Made by a program: the position numbers and the translations under genes. From contig OZ116699.1 of the NCBI GenBank assembly GCA_964199315.1, positions 33,542,001-33,606,000 on the forward strand: a DNA stretch of 64,000 nt, read 5' to 3'. Each line of letters starts with the position of its first letter. Within the stretch, counting starts at the first letter, position 1. The notes below the pieces were generated by a model. It did no database searches and was not told the origin of the DNA. It saw nothing but the letters and a program-made list of their open reading frames with translations. Of this stretch, positions 48,744-59,390 are shown one piece after another. This DNA is from Orbicella franksi (Eukaryota).

Positions 48744-50621
48744 ATGCCACGCATTCTTGCATCCTTATGTATAGTGCTGATATTTGCTAAAGGTATCAGT
48801 ATTTCCAGTTCTAGCTCATCTTTTCTCCGTTTCTTGAGCACTGTCACGATGTGCACAAGCTTGCACAAATTTGCGCATTTTTTTACTATTTTACATGAAA
48901 ATCATTGACTGAACATGTAAGCTTTAAATTAAATCTTAAACCGTAAATGATACAAGTATCTTGGATCAGTTCAGCCTGTTCTTAGACACGAGATGAAGTT
49001 TATTTGACCGAAACAAGCTCTCCCTAACAAACTTAACAAAGTTTAGATTTTTAATCCCGACAAAAGTATGATTTTAAATTGTAAGCTATCAGTGTCGAAA
49101 TATAATTCAGTCAGGAAAAAATAACCTATATCAGACTGTTGTGGTAAGCACGTAGTTTTACTGCTCTGTATGTTTACATCGTGCCAAAAAAGAAATATGC
49201 AATTAAATTTTGAGTGGCTCCATGTTTGAGCCAAGGTCTCTGAGGAAATTTCTGAGCGCATTTCATCTAATTCAGTTTTAATATCACTAATTATTCTGAG
49301 CCCGCGTACGGAGGCTAGTGGGATATCAGTGACTGGACGTCGTTTGCGTTAGGACTCGCGACTTCGGCACTGTGCGATTTAAGTTCCATCCAATGTAGTC
49401 TACTCTATGTAACTCCCTTATCCCTTTACCATCCGGTGAGGTTACATAACCGTATAAAACCCACTGGTATTGAATTTACAGAGTTATCAGGCATCAAATG
49501 TTTCGCATGTGAGCCAGGAGGTAACTGCCGAAAGGATATAAAAGAAAAGAAATGTCCCAAAGAGCCACTATTGATGGACAAATGTATGCTAATGATGGAT
49601 GATGAAAACGAACAGGTATTAATTATGTTGTTCTGTATTAATGTAAAATATCAATGTATGATTATAACTGTCATGTTAGCTCAAAGTAGCTTGTGAAAAG
49701 GCTCCGGCTGGAAGGGTCTGACCGCTGCAGAAAGAGCCGAGAAGGAACTGGGCTTGAGTGAAGTGAGCGGCCTGTTAAAAGGCTAAGCTTAAAGCTAGTT
49801 TTCACGCAGGCCACTCCGAACAGGTTGACAGCCAGTACCCGTGGAGTTGTACTCGGGTGGAGGACCTTGAACTCGGGACTACTGGCCTGTAAGGTTCTTT
49901 ATCGTTATTATCCAAGCTTGTATGCATTAATTTCCCAAAAACAAAATGACCCATCTTCAATGTCAGTTCAAAGTATTTGGAACCGAGTTTATCGAGGTGA
50001 TATCCCCGAGCTGGTCAGTGATTTCCTGAGTTCTACTCTCAGTGATTTTAAAGGGAGAAAAATCAGCGTCTGATGTAAATTCTTACTAGCTATTGCATTT
50101 GTCAGCACGAGCTCCACTACAAGTGAACCTCGTTTATTTCGAAGATGATTGGTGAGGCTACCGGAAACTTGTGTGGATGAGGATAATGCGAATTCTGAGA
50201 ATTAGATTGGCAGTTGTTTATGCAGGCTCTCAGACAGAAAATAACCCAGCAGTGGAATAGTCAGTTGTGTACTTGCTGCGACTGTAGCCTGCATAACAGG
50301 CGTGGTGGGGAGGGAAAGGAGGAGAAAGGCAGCTGGTGAGGTGGGGTACGGAAAAGTTTTCCCTTGTCCGTCGTGTTTTGCGCCTCCCCCTCTCCTTCCC
50401 CGTTTATTTCTGTAAATATTTTCTTTCAGATTGCAAGAGACTGCGCCAATAACATGATGTGTGAAACTGCAAGGAATAATTGCAAACAAGCCAAAGAGGC
50501 GAGGACTGGGGATTGTGATGTCACCTGTTGTTCAGATGACCTGTGTAATGCTGGCTCAACTTGGTCGCCATTACTCTGGCTTTCTGGGCTGTGTTTCATC
50601 GGTTATGAAGTGCTTTCGTAG
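48744..50621 (+). CDS. LU-7: GPI-anchored three-finger protein, 124 aa, three exons (48744-48792, 49482-49615, 50430-50621)
   Basis: MPRILASLCIVLIFAK|ELSG-IKCFAC...DKCMLMMDDENEQ|IARDCANNMMC...TCCSDDLCN plus tail. Phase-1 then phase-0 GT-AG introns. 12 Cys. Confidence 0.9.
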
Positions 50622-51191
50622 AACTTCATAGTCAGGACATTCGTAGCCAAACCCTGACAAGGATTACTGTATTGCACTGCAATTGAATCAGTAAGATAAA
50701 ATCGCACTGTCACGAGATTCCAGTACGTTCAGACAAGATTTATTGTGTTCCTTAATACGAGAAGCATGCATTAGATGGTGAGGTAACAAAGTACCTCTGG
50801 ATGATATCTATTTGTTGTAATTTCACGTATGCTGTTCATTTGTAGTTAAATCATTTTAACGTTCAGTCTGTAACACTCTATCAACAATAAAGACTTAAAA
50901 ACAGCTCGTATCCTTGCTTTCTTAGGCAGCACACTTTTCTCCCACGTTTCCTCTCTTTATCTACGGGAATAAATAAGCATCAGCAAATTAGGTGCCGAGA
51001 GAAGGAGGCCTGTGATGGACTAGCATCCTATTGGGGCGTGGGGGGAGGGGGCGGATATTCTCGAAGTCGTTTCATTCTCGAATGCTGATATAAATGGAGA
51101 ATTAATAAATAAGACCTCATCCGGGAATCATCTTAGGTGACCTGGAGACGACTTGACTAACTTATACACGGACAGAGCGACAACTTGCTAA

Positions 51192-54100
51192 CTATGATTG
51201 AAGTAATGCTTGTTTCCCACTTTCGCAATTCTTGCGTTTCCGTCTCGCTTCACTCGTCCGCGAGGAAAAAATAATGGCTAACACGATCGAAAAAAGGAAA
51301 GCCAAACTCCCGTGCGGGCTTGCCGTCGAGTGTGTTCCACCGTTACACAGGTGTCCATGGCAACATCCATATGAACATGATTCAGTAATGCTGCTTTGTT
51401 CATTACAATGAGAACCTGGTTTGGAACACTCGCTGCCCAAAGCGCAATCTTTTGCAAATATCTTGGTTGTGTTATTGGCTTGGTTGGAATTTTTTTCAGA
51501 GTCGTGCGTTTCTTCTTTGTTGAACGTAGCACAGTGTTCAAATCTGAATGGACATGTCTTTTCTACCTTGTGCGTGTTACAGTGGTCCCAAGAAATGGTA
51601 CTTTGACAAGAGAAGCATTTCGTCCCTGAAAGTTAGAGAAAAATATTTCGTAAACTCAAATAAATAGCCCCTTGCTAACCGAGCGTGAGGGCCCTACTGG
51701 GGAATATTAACTTGAGGTCTTGGCAGTACAGACCGAGCGTAGCGGGGTCCTTACAAATGCGACCAAGAGCAGTAACCCCCAGTATGGCTCGAGCAAGCTA
51801 CGACTAGTAAATAGTTTATTATATGGCACTCGAAAATAAAACAAATACACGACTTATGACAAGTTCTATGGAGACTGTCCGTATGGCAAAATCCTTCACA
51901 AGATCAATCAGAGCGCTCGGATTTACTTCAAGACTATCTTGTCATATAACAAATTCACATATTTTCTCGTTTGTCTTGCTTCCTCCAATAATGTAACTCC
52001 TCCACGTACCCAAGTATATAAATGGGTACCGGCGAACTTAATGCTGGGCCGGGCGGTAACTGTGCTATGTACTAGCCTCCCATCCAGGGGGAGTAGAAAT
52101 ACTTCTAGTCGCTTATGATACGGAAACCGGGATAAGCTCCGGCGGTATAGACCACTTGGCTCGAAGGAGACTTAATCATTACCAGTCTACACCACATGAT
52201 CACATGCTACACACAATTCTCTTGTTTAAGCTGTTGGTTATTGTTTATTTAGCAATGCCCTGAGTGACTTTACTGACCTGAGCAGTAACCCCAGCCCGAT
52301 CCGTTCACGCTTCCATCAAACTCAGACTTTGTCGCGCACCAGTAAAGACCTTCTGGATTATCCTCTGTAGCGGCACAGTTTTTGTACTCCTTTCCACGAT
52401 ACTTAAACGGAAAAATGCAGCAGTCTCCATCTGTAGTTTTTACAAAACACTGAGAATCTGTCACTGAGAAAAATTAAACAAAGAAAAACATTCCCTCAGA
52501 ATAAAAAAACACAGGAATGGAGATCACAGACCTCAGAGGTAGGGTGCTGTTTTTCACTTTGTTTATCTACAAATATCTCAATCCACTGATTAATTCTTTA
52601 CGAGGCATACTTATGTTAAAATCTGAACTAAATAGAGGAATAACACTCACATTTCACCTCTTGGATATTGTGCAGTTTCACGGTCTATAATCATGCATGA
52701 TTCCACACATTATCGAGCTAGCAGCAAAATATAAAGTTTATCCATGCATACTGCCACAAATTCTCCCGGGGGGGGGGTAATCCCCAAAGTTTTTTTGTGG
52801 GGGTGCGCAGTCCCGGCGAACCTTGAAACGAAACCTTCAGACCAAATACTTGATTTTTCACATCCTATTTTAGACCTGAGTGAAAAATCGATACCCCATT
52901 ACAGACCTCTAAAATTAATACACGGCTCTAATAGACAACCGCAGCTAACCAGAACTGGCTTCCATTTGTGTAAACATTTGAGAAGGGCGCACAAATATAT
53001 TTGCCAATGTTGATGCGGAGTTCATTGCCAACAAAATACCCGATGCAAAGCCAGCGAAACACATAGTTTGCTTAATTTTAGAAGAAAATGGTCAAAATCT
53101 ATTCCCTTTTTTCAGTCCAAGTAGAACAACAGCTAACAAACCACACCCCTTGGGACACCACTTACCTACATAGGCCATATAAGGGAGTACCCAACCGCCC
53201 CCCCCCCCCCTCCCCTTTCGGGAGAATTCTATAACCTAAACCAACTGATACCGTCACGCTTATTAGATTAATTTTATTGTAGCTTACATTTGCAATATCC
53301 CCAGCTGGTGGATACATTTCTACTGTATTTGAAGTCTTCTGTGGCGCACCAAAATCGATTATGGATATCACCGTGGTACGTACAACTCCTGTATCGTATT
53401 CCTTTATAATAGAACGGAAATCGACAGCAATGATTATCAACTGTTCTTTGGGTGCAAGCAGTGCTTTTCTCTCCTAGAATTGCTGAAAACACATAAAAAT
53501 AACTTCAATAAACTCAAAACTGCATGCCCAAAATTTTAACATCCCTACTGGTTCCCAGTACTTTCTCAGATAATGTTAACGCGCGCGTCGCGTGCAGGCG
53601 TGGATGTTTTCGTGTAGGCTGATTTGAAGATAATTTTGTACATAGTCTAACATGACGGAAACATTATTCAATGTATGTGTGCCATGATATATATAGCTTC
53701 TTTAAAGCGAAATGATCGACGGAGAAACTCTTTATTGGCTTTCTTCGACAGACGGCCATGGACCACCTGCCGTTGAATTAATTAATATTCAGCTTATTCA
53801 ACCAAGGACCGCCGTTTTAAATTTTAACTTTTATAACTAGTAGTAATCAGAGATTATGAGAGTGCGTTCGACGCTCTCACTTTAATATATCTATATATAC
53901 CGTAAATAAGTGATTTCACTAGCTGACTTTTAAACCTTTCAACCAAGGACCGCCGTTTTAAATTTCAACTTTTATAAAAACACTTATACGCCATCTCGCG
54001 GTGTGTTTTTGCGAAGATTAATCGCGTGAACGAATGCCAACCTTCTCTCAACGAGTTTATTCTACTGATCAACGTCAAGTAATAAGACCGAGTCAAATCT

Positions 54101-54650
54101 GTTTGACTTTTACAAATTTCAGTATCAAGTCCGAGTATATAATGGCGGATCAATCCCTAGTGATTTTGTTATCAAATTCATCGGGTTTTTTTAGACTATT
54201 TTGCATTAAAAAACAGGTAGCTAGCGATTCGATCATAGCTAGGTAAAAATACGTCATAACAGCCAAGAGTATTGTATTGCGACTTGAAATTATTCGACAA
54301 ATTTTTTTTTTTTTTACTTGCGCACATGTGGAAGGAAATTAATACTCTTCTAAAGGACTACATCATGTCTTAGACCCAAGAGGCTCAATCCTTGATTGTT
54401 CGAAGTCAAATACTTTGATCCTCTCATGTCCCTCCTAAACTTATTCATGTGTAAGAAAACCATGAAGACCTCATATATACGCATTGTTCAATATTACTAG
54501 ACAAAAGTGTAAAAATTTAAGTCAGAGGCGATACTATTACAAGTTAATCCAACAAGAATAGGGGAAGAATTGATCTCTCTGGACTCAACGCCTCTTACCT
54601 TTCAAAGAACAGCTCAAAAGAACGGCGAACAGGCAGATTCGATTCGACAT
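51192..54650 (-). CDS. LU-8: signal peptide, FN2, FN2, LU domain, hydrophobic segment and basic tail; 285 aa (exons 54650-54599, 53473-53288, 52463-52278, 51625-51192)
   Basis: MSNRICLFAVLLSCSLK|G; FN2-1 CCRFPFYYKGIRYRSCT..FWCAT..WGYC; FN2-2 CCIFPFKYRGKEYKNCA..YWCAT..WGYC; LU TKCFSC...AKDC...GCCHGHLCN (12 Cys). All three introns are phase 1 with GT-AG ends; total 858 nt = 286 codons. Confidence 0.88.
52765..53222. mobile_element. MITE with CCCGGGGGGGG termini in LU-8 intron 2
   Basis: CCCGGGGGGGGGGTAATCCC ... GGGAGTACCC..CCCC..CGGG; imperfect 8-bp TSD CAAATTCT/AGAATTCT. Termini resemble 21797-22176. Confidence 0.6.
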
Positions 54651-55249
54651 CGGCTCTAACTACTGTAGCCATCTGGCTATGTTGTGGTCAAACGATATGC
54701 ATGCTCCGATAATTCCTTCATGTAGTATATTTGTTCATAAATGTTTCATGTCACTCAAGCGGCATAACTTCTCCGACCCAACATAACAGGATGATATGTT
54801 ATGACAACTGGCGGTACAATAATTGACACACACTCGTTTATTCTGACATGATTTGCATTGCATTGTCAATTCACACCTGTGTGAGTTCAAGTGAATTGGA
54901 CCCATCGTCACTCGATCGCGACTGAGTGGTTTCCGGTTTGGATCACGAGGCAAAAGTTTGACTGGCTAAAAGCGGATTTTGCATGAGCAGTAAATTTAAA
55001 AAGACTCTCTTTTTTTTTTAAGGATAGCTAAGAATTTACGGCTTGGCAGCGTTTGATAAGAAATAGCTCCTGCGTTGAAATATCATGCTAATACTAATAA
55101 CAATAAAAAAAAACAGGAACTTGAATTGATGTCTGTCGATGTCTTGCAGGTTTCTAAGCAACTAACTGAACTAATTACTATGCAGAGGACAGACGTTTTA
55201 TAGAAAAAAAAAACAGCGTGAGTTTAAAAAATCTGCATAATATGCTCAA

Positions 55250-55431
55250 GAGTTTGTTCCTTTGGGGTGATCTGGATCGGGATCAGTGATCCAACATCAC
55301 TCGGATCATAGTTCATCAAGGAACCGATGAATCCGTGACCAGAGTAGATTCATCGGTTCCTTTGATGCACCATGATCCGAGTGATCTTGGATCACTGATC
55401 CTGATCCAGATCACCCCAAAGGAACATACCC
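55250..55431. repeat. ~180-bp near-perfect palindrome (MITE-like) between divergent LU-8 and LU-9
   Basis: GTTCCTTTGGGGTGATCTGGATC... / ...GATCCAGATCACCCCAAAGGAAC; arms about 80 bp. Confidence 0.85.
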
Positions 55432-55791
55432 ATAGACTGTCACGTTCAACAAATAAAGACAACAGAAAGAAATATGTTTCAGTCTTACTACCTTTTTATC
55501 TTGTTGACAGCGTAAAAATATGCAAATCTGAAATCTGAATCTGAATTCATAAATCAACTTTATAACGAAAAATCGAAAGCTTATTGAATCTTAACGACCG
55601 TCGAGTTTGCTAATTTTGTTGCTTCTTGCCGGGTAAAGCTATTGCTCATTCAGATTAGCTTTCCGTAAGTTGTCTGCAAATTAACTGTGTTTTGTTGAGT
55701 TAAACCATTTGCCCGCAGCGTCGTGTCCAAAATTTAAATTACAAAAAAGACGTTTTCGAAAACAATAAGGATTCGCGTAACTAGTAGCGAA

Positions 55792-57108
55792 ATGTGCCGA
55801 TACAGTTTTGGTGTGGTAATATTTCTCGCGGCTATTTTGCCTTTCTGTGAGTATATCAGAGTACAAAACTGTATTTCCGTGTTCTTGGTATATTTAATAA
55901 GCAAAACAGCTGCAAAATGTTGACAACTGATCATTGCTTCGGGATCTCGATAAACGTTATTTGAAAAAAACATATTTAGAAAACGCAACCTTGTCTGTTT
56001 TCTCCTCGTCGGCAAGCTTTTAACTTGTAGTCTAACACCAAGCTTTGCTTTCTTAGTACGTCATAGAGGGAAAGCGCTTTTATTTTTCCCAGTTAGGAAC
56101 GGAATTCAGTTTGCAGTCACTCCTCATTCGAGATCGAGAACCGATCGAAAATTAAACTACGCTTGACTTCTGTTGGGCCGTTTCTTCCAAACTATTTTTA
56201 GAGCCTAAAATCTGATAAGAAAAAGTACTCCACCTATTCACATAGATGTCAACGAGATCTCATTCATTTAAAGCTCTACTATATAGCCAGAACTCGGGTT
56301 TAAATTATTCGGCAAGATTCGGGTATGAAAAAGTTTTGAATTTGAAACCTGGCTAGTGGGGGAGTTTACACCGATAGAAAATTATGATATCATTGCAATT
56401 TTGCAATACCGATCTTTTATCGGCTAGTTCAGATATGGCAGATATATATATTGTATGGTATGATATATTGTTTGACTGACTGATTAAAAATGTGATTATT
56501 TGACTGCCTGAGTAACCCAGACTGACTGAATGACTGACCGACTGAGTGACTGACTGACTGAGTGACTGAGTGACTGAGTGACTGGCTGGCTGGTTGGCTG
56601 GTTGGCTAGCTGACTGACTGACCGAAGGACGGAGAAGCGGAGGCCAGACAAACAGATTGATCTGTGACAGACTACATATTTATTACCCAGACTGACTGAC
56701 TGAACGACTGCCGCAATTTTTCTATTGGCTTCAGGTTCTTCGCAGCTATGCTATTCCTGCCCGAAATCGGCATCCATGGAAAAATGCGACGCCCAAAGGA
56801 CACAATACAACTGTTCAATGATTGGCTCCTTTCACACCAAGTGCGCACGCTTCTGTGACTGGAAGAACGGCGTATATCATCGAGAATGTACCATGGATTT
56901 CAAGTGCGAGAGAATGCAGATGGAATGCGAGGAAAGAGTGGCAATGCAGGATCAGAAACAGAAAGAACTGGAATGCGAGTACAAGTGCTGTGAGGGAAAC
57001 CTATGCAATACTGACCCGTGTAACCTGGGGTCGAGCATTCGTCCACGATTGATGGGCATTGTGGGAATTGTCTTTGTCGTGTTAAATGTGATCACGTTCT
57101 GTTCGTAA
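55792..57108 (+). CDS. LU-9: three-finger protein, 142 aa, 14 Cys in the ectodomain (exons 55792-55846, 56735-57108)
   Basis: MCRYSFGVVIFLAAILPF|CSS-QLCYSC...TKCARFC...RECTMDFKC...KCCEGNLCNTDPCN plus hydrophobic tail. T|GTGAGT donor and TTCAG acceptor, phase 1. Confidence 0.88.
56470..56710. repeat. Degenerate (ACTG)n/(GCTG)n tetranucleotide array at the 3' end of the LU-9 intron
   Basis: Direct reading. Confidence 0.8.
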
Positions 57109-59390
57109 ATAACTCGGAGATTGTAAGAGTTAAGATGATTAACAGCTAGTTGTATGTAGTGTGTGTGAATTAAACTGACAGCTGGTGTAATAATTTTGCC
57201 GGAAAACTTTTTTCTGTCCGACGTCCTCTCCTTGCTTTGCTCTTTAAGACTTGTTTTCCTCAATCTAATATATATATATTTTTAACGAATTTATTGCGGT
57301 CACGAAAAGATAACTGTTTTGTTGCCAATAATTTACTAGTACTCACTAGTGGGCCACGCCGGATATGCTCAACTTGAAAGCCTGAGTCAAGTACTGTCTA
57401 GGTGGGTGGAGAGGGTGGTGAAAGAGGGGGTGGGCGAAGGGGGAAGAGGGAGGGTTTGGAATTAGAAAGCCAAATGAAAAGTTTATCGGAGAGCGCAAAG
57501 CCACATCCTTTTGTCAAGTCTCGGGCGGGTTCTCCAACGTGATTAGGGTGATCGTCGGAAATTTTGAAAGGATCGTTCATAGGCGTGGATCGAATTCTTA
57601 AAAGGTACTAGTTGTTGAACAAACTTTTACCCTATGGCTTTCCTAGTACATGTTCCCGTCATACTTTAACTATAAGGAACCAGGCAAGCTTTCACCTAGT
57701 TTAAAGACGAGAGTGATTCACTCTAAGATAATCTTAACCGTACTTCAGTGGACTCTAAGTATACACTTCAAGACATAACACTAAGTTTGTCTGACTGATT
57801 TATTTTCCAGATTCATACGAGGAACTCTCACTGTTTTGTTTTGTTTTGTTTTTCCTCTCAGTGTGCCCCCTTACCGATGTCTGAGCCCAGTAAGACACTT
57901 CTGAACTTTAATACTCTGTTGTGGCAAATTCTGTGTACTAAAGAGATATACAACAAAAAATAAAACCATTTTTGACAGATGTTTTTTGCCAATCATTATA
58001 GAACTCCTTTCTGATCATAGTTGTTCTAACAAAAGACTTCAGAAGCAGGAAAAAAGATACATCACTTCATACAGTACAAACATTAAATATAAGAGTAAAG
58101 GGACCAAATCAAATCCAGTAACATTCCTGTCATCCTAAATTTAAGCTTGAAAGGGCTTCCTGTCAAAACCAGTCCAACATTCTACCCAATAATAAAATAA
58201 TGAATTCATTTATGGAGATTTGATTTCATTCTTTGCTCCAAACTTCTGCCCTTCAAAATGAAGAGATCGATATTCAAGATAAGTCTTGATTCAGAGGCTC
58301 AAATTCCGATTGGATTAATGACATTTGTGTCAGTCTCTCAAGCATGGGAGAACTAGTAGATTGCATTATTTGGTACTGTGGTTCACGAAACAAATGAGGG
58401 GAAAATTCCATAGGTAGCCATTGCTATTTGTAGTCAAAAATAATTCAATTTCCAAAGAAAAGTTTTGCTTATTTCCACATGCCTCTCTTGTCAAAACCAG
58501 GTATTAATCCAATCTATGTGCAACTTGAAAAATATCAACCCACACCGCAAGCCAATACACGTATAGCACATGTGCCCCTGATTACATTTCTATCGTCACT
58601 GGCATGTGAATCAAAGTTTTAGCTAACTTATGCATTCTCCATTTCTCAGCACAAAATGAAGTAAACCAATATGTCTCTACCACATCTTCTTGATTCAATA
58701 CCACACCCCAAATAAATGCCAGGTTACAACAAAATGCAGGGTTTGCACGGGTAAGTTTGAAACGTAAACATGCCCAACATTCACTTGCCATCCATTTGGC
58801 ATTTAATCAAGAAGATATGATGATAATTGACAGACTCTGATCTACATACTTGTTCGCTAGGCCTAAAAGAGACTATAACAGTATATGAAGTTGAACTAAA
58901 AGTCACCCAACAGCTGCCATTTACAAGTTTATGTATGACCTTACTCCTTACCAAGCCACACAAAGGAAACCAAAGAACTTGTAATAGCACCTCTCTAAAT
59001 TAACGTTACTTAGAAAAGTTTACTTCAGGTCTTTTGCGGTACAAACGAGCTGGAGGAGTAATAATCAGTGCCAAGGTTTAACACAGTTTATTGTGCAGAT
59101 AAACCCATTAGATATGAACTGAGTGGAGAAAGATCAAGAACAAAACACAATGACCCTGGGTGTGGATCAAACCCAAGTCCAATATTCTAAATGTTACACT
59201 GAATTGATGACACTATGGATTCAAAGTAAAATAAATGTTAAGTACAAAAACTAAATTGGGTATGACTTCTTTACTAAAGCCTAATACATCTACCTACTTC
59301 AGACTATAAAACATATATTCCATGAAATGAAATAAGGGGACCCAGCAGGGTAAACCTTACACCAATTTATAAATCATTGACGCAAAATAT

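Noticed and set aside
54735-54953. Cys-rich ORF upstream of LU-8
   Set aside because: Cysteine spacing fits neither LU nor FN2, there is no signal peptide or compatible splice sites, and the signal exon lies downstream of it.
55607-55636. Hydrophobic LLILLLLAG as a candidate LU-9 signal exon
   Set aside because: In-frame stop upstream, no ATG and the donor is phase 2; 55792-55846 fits fully.
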